From NCBI GenBank assembly GCA_031400935.1, contig JANNQV010000015.1, positions 124,001 through 188,000 of the forward strand: a DNA stretch of 64,000 bases, read 5' to 3'. Shown here piece after piece: positions 1-8,410 of this stretch; within the stretch, counting starts at the first letter, position 1, and every line of letters starts with the position of its first letter. The notes under the pieces were generated by a model. That model saw only the letters and a list, made by a program, of their open reading frames with translations. It was not told the DNA's origin and searched no databases. The position numbers and the translations under genes were made by a program. The DNA comes from Armatimonadota bacterium. Its GTDB lineage: Bacteria > Armatimonadota > Fimbriimonadia > Fimbriimonadales > Fimbriimonadaceae.

Positions 1-641
1 TCCCGAACATCTTCGAGTGGGTACGCTCTTTGCCGATGCGTTTCATGAAGCTCAACTCCGTCTTTCCAGAACGTCATATCCACCCGAATTAGCATCGTCT
101 CAGGGTCCCAATGGCCTGTCCAATCGTATCGGAGACTTGCTTTCTGACTCAGCTTTTTTTGAGTGAACATCTCCTTCTGAAAGGCATATTCGGTGTTCAA
201 ATCGAAGATCCAGGAAGCGCCTTCAGGCAAATGCGCAGCCACTCTATGAAACGCCCTTTGCAGGTTTTCAGGCTCCAAAATGTAGTTTAGGCTATCGAAA
301 AATGAGAATGCGGCTTCGAATTGTCTCCCCATATCAAAATAGGCAGCATCGGCGACTTCATAGCGAATGTTGAAAAGACCGAGTTTTGCCTTTTCGCGTG
401 CTTTAGAAATCATCGCCTCGCTAAGGTCAAAGCCTTCTAACTGAAAGCCTTCTTGGGTCAAAAGCTCAGCTACAGTGCCTGTCCCACAGCACACATCGAG
501 AATCTGCTTGGGCTTAACTCCTTGATGCGATAGAAGCAGTAAATAGTAGCCGACCCACATCCGGTAGGGGACGTTGTCCATCAGCTCATCGTAAATTGGC
601 GCGACTGGGCCAAATTCTTCTGTTCCGACTCGCGCTTCCAT
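1..641 (-). CDS. Class I SAM-dependent methyltransferase (3' end runs off window)
   Basis: Manual translation from ATG at 641: MEARVGTEEFGPVAPIYDELMDNVPY...ILDVCCGTGTVA (SAM motif I), GFDLSEAMI, FDSLNY; open to the window edge. Confidence 0.85.
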   Translation of the reverse strand, partial: MEARVGTEEFGPVAPIYDELMDNVPYRMWVGYYLLLLSHQGVKPKQILDVCCGTGTVAELLTQEGFQLEGFDLSEAMISKAREKAKLGLFNIRYEVADAAYFDMGRQFEAAFSFFDSLNYILEPENLQRAFHRVAAHLPEGASWIFDLNTEYAFQKEMFTQKKLSQKASLRYDWTGHWDPETMLIRVDMTFWKDGVELHETHRQRAYPLEDVR

Positions 642-651
642 CGAAATGAAT

Positions 652-1008
652 CTAACCCGATTTCCAGTAAGTTTCTCTTGGCATCTCACGAGTTTCGAGA
701 GTAACTTTTGCTTCACCAGCTTCTAAGGACTCTGAAAATAACCTCTTCAAAACTTTGAACATCTCATCTCCGATCTTCTTTAGAAGTTCAGGATCACGAC
801 CAGAAACGAGGCTCAAAGTGACATGGGTAAAGCCTTCTGGAGCACGCTCATCGGTCACCCAGTTCGTGTGAAGCGTGTGATATGCCTTGACGGAAGCTGG
901 GTCAATCGAGTCGTGCTGACAAAGCTCTCCTGCCAGCGCAACCAAGATATCGGGGATATCCATGTTTTCCGTGAGGTTGGCACTGGTTCGAAGGTGGATA
1001 TGGGGCAT
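652..1008 (-). CDS. 5-carboxymethyl-2-hydroxymuconate isomerase / tautomerase family protein
   Basis: Start MPHIHLRTSANL gives the N-terminal catalytic Pro typical of the family; the ORF-track extension to 1194 runs through a heptamer repeat. Confidence 0.75.
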   Translation of the reverse strand: MPHIHLRTSANLTENMDIPDILVALAGELCQHDSIDPASVKAYHTLHTNWVTDERAPEGFTHVTLSLVSGRDPELLKKIGDEMFKVLKRLFSESLEAGEAKVTLETREMPRETYWKSG

Positions 1009-1039
1009 ACAGTTATTTGATACCATGAAGGGGCGGGAA

Positions 1040-1091
1040 GTTGTTGGTTGTTGGTTGTTGGTTGTTTGTTGTGGGTTTGGAAGTTGTTGGC
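1040..1091. repeat. Heptamer tandem repeat (TTGTTGG)n
   Basis: gttgttggttgttggttgttggttgtttgttg; reverse-complement copies near 19995, 47581 and 56258. Confidence 0.85.
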
Positions 1092-1221
1092 AGGTTGCGA
1101 GACGGCAAATGCGTCTTTTCGCTATCCCCACATTAGAAGACGAGATTCGTTCCGAAAATCTCACGCAACGGTTGCCCCGATTCACTTCGTTCATTTCCCT
1201 TCGGCGGGATCTTCGACAAAG

Positions 1222-1317
1222 GTTCGCAACGAATGGAGCGCGGAGCTAAGAACTCGCCAAACTTGAAACTACAGAAGCCTCAGCTCCGCATTTGGTCCTC
1301 GGACGTTCCCGTCCGGT
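1222..1317 (+). repeat. ~100-bp structured repeat, copy A (GCGGAGC...GCTCCGC family)
   Basis: Aligns by eye with the reverse complement of 2287-2385; related element at 29095-29214. Confidence 0.8.
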
Positions 1318-1454
1318 TTCGACGAGGAACAAAACTATTCTCCGATAGAACGGACGGTATTTCCGCCCACTTGTGCGTTTACGCCGAAACGTAAATTACA
1401 GATTAGAGTATAGAATTCTAAGTGTTCCTCAATTCCGAACTTTTGGACTAACAA

Positions 1455-1658
1455 ATGTCTTTTCTTGATGCCGACTCTTGGCCGTTTTGGATCGTCTATC
1501 ATTGGCGAGTATCGGCTCCTTTCGCTGTGATAGCGGGTGGATTCTGGCTCGCATATCACGATCAGCAAATTGCTGGAATTGCTGTCCTATTTTTTGGGCT
1601 CCTAGCTGCGCTCTGGGGACTCCTGTGGACCTTGGAAAGAAATGTAGATGATTTTTAG
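1455..1658 (+). CDS. Small hypothetical membrane protein (2 TM)
   Basis: 67-aa ORF with two hydrophobic segments. Confidence 0.5.
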   Translation: MSFLDADSWPFWIVYHWRVSAPFAVIAGGFWLAYHDQQIAGIAVLFFGLLAALWGLLWTLERNVDDF

Positions 1659-1665
1659 TTCGAAC

Positions 1666-2100
1666 TCAAATGCCTACTTTGATATTCGTTTTTCGTCGAA
1701 GGTCATCCACATTCGTCCAAATACTCAAAGTCAGGCTCGCCACAATCACTAAAAGGGCAACATTGTTGACCAATTCCAAAGGCGGATTCCACCCGCTGAT
1801 ATTCCGAACGAGCAAAACAAGGTAGCTGTCTGCCGTCTCCTCAATCCCCATTGCACGGCGAATCTGCCAATGCCAATCCGTGCATATGCAGTACCCCATG
1901 CCCTTCCACGCACCCATAATCAGCCAACTGAAAACTGTGAGCAGCAACGTAATCAGGTTCCATTTTCGAGTCCTCGGGTGCGCCCAACCGAAGATGTTGA
2001 AGAAAATCAACGCCGTGTGGAAGACGAAGAAAAGGAGGTTTACGAAAGCGAGCATATCGGTATCCGATAATAACCGATCCCGATTAGCTATCCGTTCCAC
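1666..2100 (-). CDS. DUF2784-like membrane protein
   Basis: HTALIFFNIFGW...SWLIMG...GYCICTDWHWQIR pattern; start may be a downstream Met. Confidence 0.7.
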   Translation of the reverse strand: MERIANRDRLLSDTDMLAFVNLLFFVFHTALIFFNIFGWAHPRTRKWNLITLLLTVFSWLIMGAWKGMGYCICTDWHWQIRRAMGIEETADSYLVLLVRNISGWNPPLELVNNVALLVIVASLTLSIWTNVDDLRRKTNIKVGI

Positions 2101-2151
2101 AGTTTCGGTTTGATCGTCAGATTGTTGGGATTCAGAACTTACTCTTGTTGG

Positions 2152-2254
2152 TCACGCAAAGGCGCAAAGACCGCAAAGTCTGGATTCGCTTGCTAGTGAA
2201 TTCGCAGATTGAGCTATTTGATTCTCCCTTTGCGAGCTTCGCGCCTTTGCGTGA
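2152..2254. repeat. Inverted-repeat element, (CGCAAAG)3 family
   Basis: tcacgcaaaggcgcaaagaccgcaaag (2152-2178) / ctttgcgagcttcgcgcctttgcgtga (2228-2254). Confidence 0.85.
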
Positions 2255-2286
2255 GATTACTCGTTTCAAATCGCCTGATTCCAAAC

Positions 2287-2385
2287 ACCGAACGAGGACG
2301 TTCGGGGACCAAGTTGCGGAGCAGAGGCTCCAGTAACTTCAAGGTTGGCGATTATTGAGCTCCGCGCTCCACCAACGTTGCGAAC
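2287..2385 (-). repeat. ~100-bp structured repeat, copy B (inverted relative to 1222-1317)
   Basis: Reverse complement gttcgcaacgttggtggagcgcggagct...tgctccgcaacttggtccccgaacgtcctcgttcggt. Confidence 0.8.
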
Positions 2386-2423
2386 TTAGCGCCGTTGCGA
2401 GAGAATTCAACTAAAAGGTGCCC

Positions 2424-3554
2424 TCACCCATTGTAGATAACCCGCTTCACCCTCTCAATAACTTGCACAGCATCCCCCGATGCTTGTGCCACCGAAAGGT
2501 TAGCCTTGTCCGCATAAATGATCAGTGCCTTCTTCATGCAGTTTGCAAAGAACTCCCTTGACAGCCGCATGGAAACCGTTTGCTCTGTTCGGTAGGTGAA
2601 CTGGTCTTCCCCAAACCAGCCTTGATAGCCCGTATCAACCGCCGCATAACAGAATTCCACCAGTCGCCAAATGTCGTCCGTGCCTGCGATTCGGTCTTCG
2701 TCGTTGCTGTTGAATTTCGCTCCGTTGATGTGGAAATTCGCAATCGGAACATTGATCGCCTTCAAATAGTAAAGTGATTCGGCGGGCGTGTTGCCCACCA
2801 TTTGCTCATGGCCGTAATCAATGCAAACGCCCATATACGGCTTCCCAAGCGTTCTGTTGACCTCTGTGCAAACCCCAGCGGCCTTTGCAACAGTATTTGT
2901 GATCATGTTGCCTTCGCGAGGCTCCTTTTGCTTCGGCTCAGTTCCAAATGCCAAACCAATTGAATCGCAATATGAAGCAATTTCGGTGCATCCGTCCAAA
3001 AACCACCTCCACTTTAGCCCGTAGTCAGATTCAAAATGGTAATCCCAGCCATCTGATCCTGGCCAAAGTCCACAAGAAACACAGCCAATTTCCTTTCCAA
3101 TATCCATGCCGAGTTTGATTTGGGCGATGCACTCTCTTCGCATTCCTGCATCTGGGTTTGAAATGCCGCCAAATTTGTATTTGGGATCGGTCCAAGTGTT
3201 AAAATTCATGTTTGTCGGCGTTACATTCCATTGACTCAAGGCTGCTAGCACATCGCTCACGACTTGGCCGTCTCGTGCGCCAGACTTGTCAATAAAAACC
3301 ATGTCGTGGAACTCAATTCCCTCAATTCCAGCTTTGCTTACTCGCTCGATTTGGGGAACGATTCCGTCCCGAAAGCTAGGGTCGTTCGAGTTATAACCAA
3401 CTGGACAGAATCGGTCAACAAACTCGCCCGCACACCAATGCCCGGCAGCGAATTTGATGCCAAATTCCTTAATAAGTGAATCTACGGCTTCTCCTTCTAA
3501 ATATCCTGCATAGCGTGAAGAAACGGTGCTCAAAGATGACGGCTGAAAGTTCAT
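2424..3554 (-). CDS. Xylose isomerase-like TIM-barrel sugar isomerase
   Basis: GHW, EFHD, WPGSDG, EPKQKEPR, DYGHEQM, HING and DEDR metal/substrate motifs of the xylose/rhamnose isomerase superfamily. Confidence 0.8.
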   Translation of the reverse strand: MNFQPSSLSTVSSRYAGYLEGEAVDSLIKEFGIKFAAGHWCAGEFVDRFCPVGYNSNDPSFRDGIVPQIERVSKAGIEGIEFHDMVFIDKSGARDGQVVSDVLAALSQWNVTPTNMNFNTWTDPKYKFGGISNPDAGMRRECIAQIKLGMDIGKEIGCVSCGLWPGSDGWDYHFESDYGLKWRWFLDGCTEIASYCDSIGLAFGTEPKQKEPREGNMITNTVAKAAGVCTEVNRTLGKPYMGVCIDYGHEQMVGNTPAESLYYLKAINVPIANFHINGAKFNSNDEDRIAGTDDIWRLVEFCYAAVDTGYQGWFGEDQFTYRTEQTVSMRLSREFFANCMKKALIIYADKANLSVAQASGDAVQVIERVKRVIYNG

Positions 3555-3668
3555 GGTTCCTTACTTTAGCATGGCGACGCAGGTTTCATGCCGTCTAGGG
3601 CACCTAATTCTGTTTAAGTGAATTTGCCAGCAAATGTGGAACGATTTCTATAGGGTTAACGAGTAATC

Positions 3669-4292
3669 ATGAAAACGCGACTTTTGGGCACACTTGCTCT
3701 CTTGCCAGTATTGAACGCAATAGCAAGTGCATGGCCGACTGGATTGAATTCCATTCCAATTGCGGATGTTCTAGGGCACCGAGAACTTTACGCTTTCTAT
3801 GGTTTTTCAGGTACAGAGCGCAATATCACAAAAGAAACTATTCACACCTCTTCTATGCAGGTCGGAATCGGTGATCGCTTCGAATTTGGCTATGACGACG
3901 ACCTTCGCGGATTCGGCGAGGGAAATATCAAGGTCAATTTACATTCTGATAAGAAATGTGGGCTTAGTGCCGGGCTATTGAGCATCGGTCAAGGTAGTGC
4001 TCAGAAATATGTCGTCGGAACCTATGCAATCGGGGAGTCCGCAAGAGTTCATGCCGGCTGGCTGCACGACGGCACAAACCGATGGATGGCAGGTTACGAC
4101 ATGGCTCTTGGTGAGAACGGAACGCTGATGATTGACACGATCAGCGGAAGGGACAGCTATTTTTACATTGGCTTCAATTGGGTCTTGCCAAATGTGAAGG
4201 GATTTGATGTTTCAATTTCGGCGGGAATCCCGCACGAAAGAGCCAACGGATACACATACGGTGTGTTTGTTGGATACGGAATCAGGCTCTAA
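3669..4292 (+). CDS. Secreted putative outer-membrane beta-barrel protein (YjbH-like)
   Basis: Signal peptide, PTGLNSIPIADVL, alternating beta strands, C-terminal YGVFVGYGIRL. Confidence 0.55.
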   Translation: MKTRLLGTLALLPVLNAIASAWPTGLNSIPIADVLGHRELYAFYGFSGTERNITKETIHTSSMQVGIGDRFEFGYDDDLRGFGEGNIKVNLHSDKKCGLSAGLLSIGQGSAQKYVVGTYAIGESARVHAGWLHDGTNRWMAGYDMALGENGTLMIDTISGRDSYFYIGFNWVLPNVKGFDVSISAGIPHERANGYTYGVFVGYGIRL

Positions 4293-4473
4293 TTTGGCGG
4301 GAAATGGCTGGTGATAACCGGGAGTTGCTTGGAAATTGTTTAGCAAGGGCATTCACCAGCGAAACTTCCGTACGAGGAATCCAGATCATGTTTGCAGGTC
4401 AAGTTGAGCCTACCTATCTCAAGCAATTCCTAGCAACACTCGGCAACTCCCAGCAAAATCCTGAGAAGCCACG

Positions 4474-4662
4474 CTACAACTTTTCGCCGACCTTGTAAAC
4501 TCGTTTCGGCTCGCCAAATCGAGTGTGATAGGGTTCAATCCTAATCTTGACTGTACGCCCATCCCATGTCTTGACGTAAATTGTTTGCTCAATTCGCCTT
4601 CCAAGTTTCCCTGCAAAAGTAGATTGCGACTCGATCTTGGTAATCGTCAAGTCAAGTTCCAT
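4474..4662 (-). CDS. Small hypothetical protein (62 aa)
   Basis: ATG at 4662 (MELDLTITKIES...YKVGEKL), TATTCT 11 nt upstream, beta-rich composition. Confidence 0.35.
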   Translation of the reverse strand: MELDLTITKIESQSTFAGKLGRRIEQTIYVKTWDGRTVKIRIEPYHTRFGEPKRVYKVGEKL

Positions 4663-4775
4663 TTGAAATGTAAAGAATAGATTTGGAATAATTATCAAGC
4701 TATCTCCATGCAACAATAATATTGAAACGCATATTGCTTGCCAATGTACGCTATTGCTGCAAAAAACAAGGAATC

Positions 4776-5828
4776 CTACCTGCTTGATTTCACTACGACT
4801 GGCGAAAAGAGGCTGCGATCAACGGCATTTGCAACTCTGCCTAATTCAGGAATCAACGACTGGAATCTTTCAAAAGTCATGCTTTGCGAACCATCTTTGA
4901 TCGCATGATCAGGGTTTGGGTGAACTTCGATTATCACGCCGTCTGCTCCGCAAGCGATCGCCGCTTTCGACATAGGGCCAACTAATTCACGTTTTCCGGT
5001 TCCGTGGCTAGGATCAACGATGACCGGTAAATGGCTCAGCTGTTTCACAAGCGGAATCGCATTCAGATCGAGCGTGTTCCGGGTTGCCGTTTCAAAAGTG
5101 CGAATTCCACGTTCGCAAAGAATAATCTGTTCGTTTCCGGCATTCGCAATGTATTCGGCAGCCAGGAGCCATTCTTCGACTTTAGCAGCGAAACCTCTCT
5201 TCAAAAGAATTGGGCGACGAATCATGCCTAGTTCACGCAATAAATCGTAGTTCTGCATGTTTCGTGTGCCAATCTGCAGAACATCTGCGTACTCAGCAAC
5301 CAACTCAACCTTTCGAATATCCATGACTTCAGTCACGATCCGAAGATCGTACTCTTCGCCAGCCGCTTTGAGCAAAGCAAGTCCCTCAACACCCATGCCG
5401 TGAAAACTGTAGGGCGAAGTCGAAGGCTTGTAAGCTCCGCCTCGAAGGAATCTCGCTCCGGTCTCAGCGACCATTTCGGCAGTTTGCATGAGTTGCGTTT
5501 CTGATTCGACCGTACACGGTCCGGCAATGATCGCAATTTTTTCACCACCAATTACAGCTCCACGAACGTCAATTTGAGTTCCTTTCGGTTTTGCTTCGCG
5601 AGCCACCAATTTGTACGGCTTGGTGATGACCAGAACATCTTCAACTGCGTCGTCCGCTCGTAGCTGGTCTATCGCATCAATTTTCAGATGCTCCGAGCCG
5701 CCGATTCCGAGGATGATCGTTTTCTCTTCGCCGATGATGGGGTTCGGAGTTAGGCCGACTTCTTGAAGATGCGCCATAATCCGCTTCAGGTCAGCTTGCG
5801 TGTATTCAGGGCGTAAAACGACGATCAT
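4776..5828 (-). CDS. aroF: 3-deoxy-7-phosphoheptulonate (DAHP) synthase, class I-beta with N-terminal regulatory domain
   Basis: IAGPCTVES, RGGAYKP-TSPYSF, QIGTRNMQN, LKRG, CERGIRTFE, DPSHGTG. Confidence 0.95.
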   Translation of the reverse strand: MIVVLRPEYTQADLKRIMAHLQEVGLTPNPIIGEEKTIILGIGGSEHLKIDAIDQLRADDAVEDVLVITKPYKLVAREAKPKGTQIDVRGAVIGGEKIAIIAGPCTVESETQLMQTAEMVAETGARFLRGGAYKPSTSPYSFHGMGVEGLALLKAAGEEYDLRIVTEVMDIRKVELVAEYADVLQIGTRNMQNYDLLRELGMIRRPILLKRGFAAKVEEWLLAAEYIANAGNEQIILCERGIRTFETATRNTLDLNAIPLVKQLSHLPVIVDPSHGTGKRELVGPMSKAAIACGADGVIIEVHPNPDHAIKDGSQSMTFERFQSLIPELGRVANAVDRSLFSPVVVKSSR

Positions 5829-6937
5829 AAACTAGGTTGCTCCAGAGGAATTTCGGTCAGAGCAGCTTCAAGCTGGTCAAGATCTGATTCGGTTCCAACG
5901 CTAACTCGAACTCCATTTGGACTTCCAAAAACAGCGCATCCACGAACCAAAATTCCTTGCTTCATAAGATTGTGAACGAAAGGAGCCGATTCAGACTCAA
6001 ACTCTGCGAAAACGAAATTGGCGGCAGGTTCGAAAACTCGAGCTCCAGTTCCCTTTAGCATTTTCAATATTCTTTCACGACCTAGAACTGTCCGATCAAT
6101 AATTCTGGAGATATGATCTTGATCCTGAACGGCAGCAGTGCACGCTGCTTGAGCCATTGAATTCACGTTGAACGGCATTCGGATTCGGTTTATGATCTCG
6201 ACAATTTCAGCCGAAGCGATTCCATAGCCGCATCTCAAGCCTGCGAGTCCATAAGCTTTCGAAAACGTGCGAAGCACGACGACGTTTGGCTCGTCCTGTA
6301 CAAACTCAACGCCATTTGGGTAATCGGGATTTCTGGCAGCGTACTCGAAATAAGCTTCATCGAGCACCACAGCTATCGAATCGCCCATATGATTCAGAAA
6401 TTGGCTAAGTTCGTTTCTTGTAAAGAATGTGCCTGTTGGATTGTTCGGGTTTGGCAAATAAATGATTCTCGTATCGGGCGAAACTTGCTCTGCAATTCTT
6501 TCTAGGTCAATCTTCCTATTTTCATCCAAAGAAACTTTGGCGACTCGGCAATTTCGGTTCCTGGCAGCCTCTTCATAGCAAACAAATGTCGGATCGGCGA
6601 CAAGGATTTCGTCTTTCGGCGAATCTAAGATGCACTCGGCAATCATGCGGATGCACTCGTCGCTGCCACTTCCCATAAACACTTTATTCGCGCCGACTCC
6701 AATATGGTTTGCTATCGCTTCGCGAAGGTCTGTGCTAGGGCCATTGGGATAGCGATTCACCCCTGTTGCGGCTGTTTTAAGCGCTTCAATTGCCTTCGGA
6801 GAAGGTCCCCATGGATTCTCGTTTGCTGCGAGATTGATGAATGTGTCATGCCCAAATTCTGCCATCAGTTGGCGAATCGGTTTGCCCGTGTCATAGGCTC
6901 TTAAGTTCTGCATATGGGGTCGAATCGGGAGTTGCAT
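5825..6937 (-). CDS. hisC: Histidinol-phosphate aminotransferase
   Basis: NENPWGPSP, NPNNPTG, DEAYFEY, RTFSKAYGLAGLRCGY; 4-nt overlap with aroF. Confidence 0.92.
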   Translation of the reverse strand: MQLPIRPHMQNLRAYDTGKPIRQLMAEFGHDTFINLAANENPWGPSPKAIEALKTAATGVNRYPNGPSTDLREAIANHIGVGANKVFMGSGSDECIRMIAECILDSPKDEILVADPTFVCYEEAARNRNCRVAKVSLDENRKIDLERIAEQVSPDTRIIYLPNPNNPTGTFFTRNELSQFLNHMGDSIAVVLDEAYFEYAARNPDYPNGVEFVQDEPNVVVLRTFSKAYGLAGLRCGYGIASAEIVEIINRIRMPFNVNSMAQAACTAAVQDQDHISRIIDRTVLGRERILKMLKGTGARVFEPAANFVFAEFESESAPFVHNLMKQGILVRGCAVFGSPNGVRVSVGTESDLDQLEAALTEIPLEQPSL

Positions 6938-7012
6938 TGGACTTACTTAGTGAACCGCAATTCTATTATTTCACAATTTTCAAGAGAAAGTGAAACTTAC
7001 AACCATTATGCG

Positions 7013-8410
7013 TCAGATTTGAACCAGTCCCAGCATCAAGATCGCTCCGTTGTGAACAACATGCATGGTGATTGCAGGCAAAAGCGAACCTCGCTGAAGC
7101 GTCAGACAAGCCGCTACCATTCCCATCGAAGCCAAAATCGGCCAAACAGGAATACCTGTCGGATGCACCATCGCAAACAGTGAGCCGCATAAAATAACTG
7201 CCCAAATCGGCTTTCGAAACAAAGATTGCAATGCTGGAAGAAGATTCCCGCGAAACACCAGTTCTTCAAAAATTGGAGCGCCAACGGACGCAGCGAGAAC
7301 CAGCATCAGTAACCCGACTGAACTTGTGGACGATGCAAGTTCGGCTTGGATAGGGTGTTCAGCTTCTGGCAAGACCCTTTGCAGTAACAGAACTAAGCTC
7401 ATCAAAATTGTATAGGCAGGAACGGCGGCTATTGCACCACATATCCCCCAAAGAATGTCTTGCACAGGGTTTGCAGAGCGAAAACCTACAATTCTTAGGC
7501 TAGAAGTTTTGCCATTAAGGGGTAACCGAATGAAGAATGACGCTGAAGCAATTGCCAATACGAGAGCCAAAAGGGAGGATGTCTGCTCCGGTAGATTGAA
7601 TGTTTGTACTAATCCTTCTGCCACAAATTGCAATGGAACGAGCGATAAAAACAAGAGCGCCGTTCGACCAGCATACGCATCGCCACCCCTTTGGCTTTGA
7701 ACCGGAACTGGATGCCCAATTGGTTGCCACTTGCCAGATTTTCGAAACGCGAAGTATAAGATCCACAATACTGGACCGAGGCACAATGCCCCTCCAAAGC
7801 CAAGCAAAAGAATTGGAAAAAGCGAGGTTTTCCATTTATCGAAGAGTTTAGGAACTTGAATGGCATCTCCGAAGCGCTTATTCGCTTCGCGTTTTACCAA
7901 TATGTCAACGAAAAAGTCGCCGGAGAATAGCTCGTTAGTATCCCGAATTTCCTGGTTCCTAAGAGCTTTTGGGCTGCCATAAAGGGTTGCAATGAGCTTT
8001 GACCGTTCGGATTCTTGCTTTGAAAGGCTATAGAGTTGATTGTTTGTCGGATGAATACCCGATTCTGAATTCACGACAACTAAGATGGAAACGAGAGCTG
8101 GGTCTTCCTTCGACTCTTCCTCAATATCTTTTGCGAGAGCTCTTAGTTTTGCTTTCCAATCCGTGCTGCTTTCTGATCCAAATGTTGAGCCGACTTCTCT
8201 CGCGAAAAATATCTGCTTTAGTTCCCCGTCAAACTGGCGGAACAGGTTCACAGGTTCCGCCGCTCGGTTAAAGTAGAGCAGCAAACCACCAGTTATCATT
8301 AGCAGAAAAACGAAGCTTAGACATATCCACCCAACGTACGAACGACGTTCTTGAATGGGCGGTGGTTCTGGTTCCAAAATTGGCGGCTCTTCGGAAATTT
8401 CGTCGCTCAT
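7013..8410 (-). CDS. CPBP (Abi/CAAX) family intramembrane metalloprotease
   Basis: APIFEELVFRG, FAMVH, HVVHNG motifs; multiple TMs. Confidence 0.9.
   Translation of the reverse strand: MSDEISEEPPILEPEPPPIQERRSYVGWICLSFVFLLMITGGLLLYFNRAAEPVNLFRQFDGELKQIFFAREVGSTFGSESSTDWKAKLRALAKDIEEESKEDPALVSILVVVNSESGIHPTNNQLYSLSKQESERSKLIATLYGSPKALRNQEIRDTNELFSGDFFVDILVKREANKRFGDAIQVPKLFDKWKTSLFPILLLGFGGALCLGPVLWILYFAFRKSGKWQPIGHPVPVQSQRGGDAYAGRTALLFLSLVPLQFVAEGLVQTFNLPEQTSSLLALVLAIASASFFIRLPLNGKTSSLRIVGFRSANPVQDILWGICGAIAAVPAYTILMSLVLLLQRVLPEAEHPIQAELASSTSSVGLLMLVLAASVGAPIFEELVFRGNLLPALQSLFRKPIWAVILCGSLFAMVHPTGIPVWPILASMGMVAACLTLQRGSLLPAITMHVVHNGAILMLGLVQI

Noticed and set aside
1009..1194. N-terminal extension of the isomerase ORF (QQTTNNQQ)
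   Set aside because: Produced by the heptamer repeat; the family needs Pro at the mature N-terminus
3638..3665. ECF-sigma-like promoter GGAAC-N17-CGAGTA (similar TGAAT-N17-CGTCTA near 20848-20875)
   Set aside because: Too short and degenerate to support without knowing the organism's sigma factors
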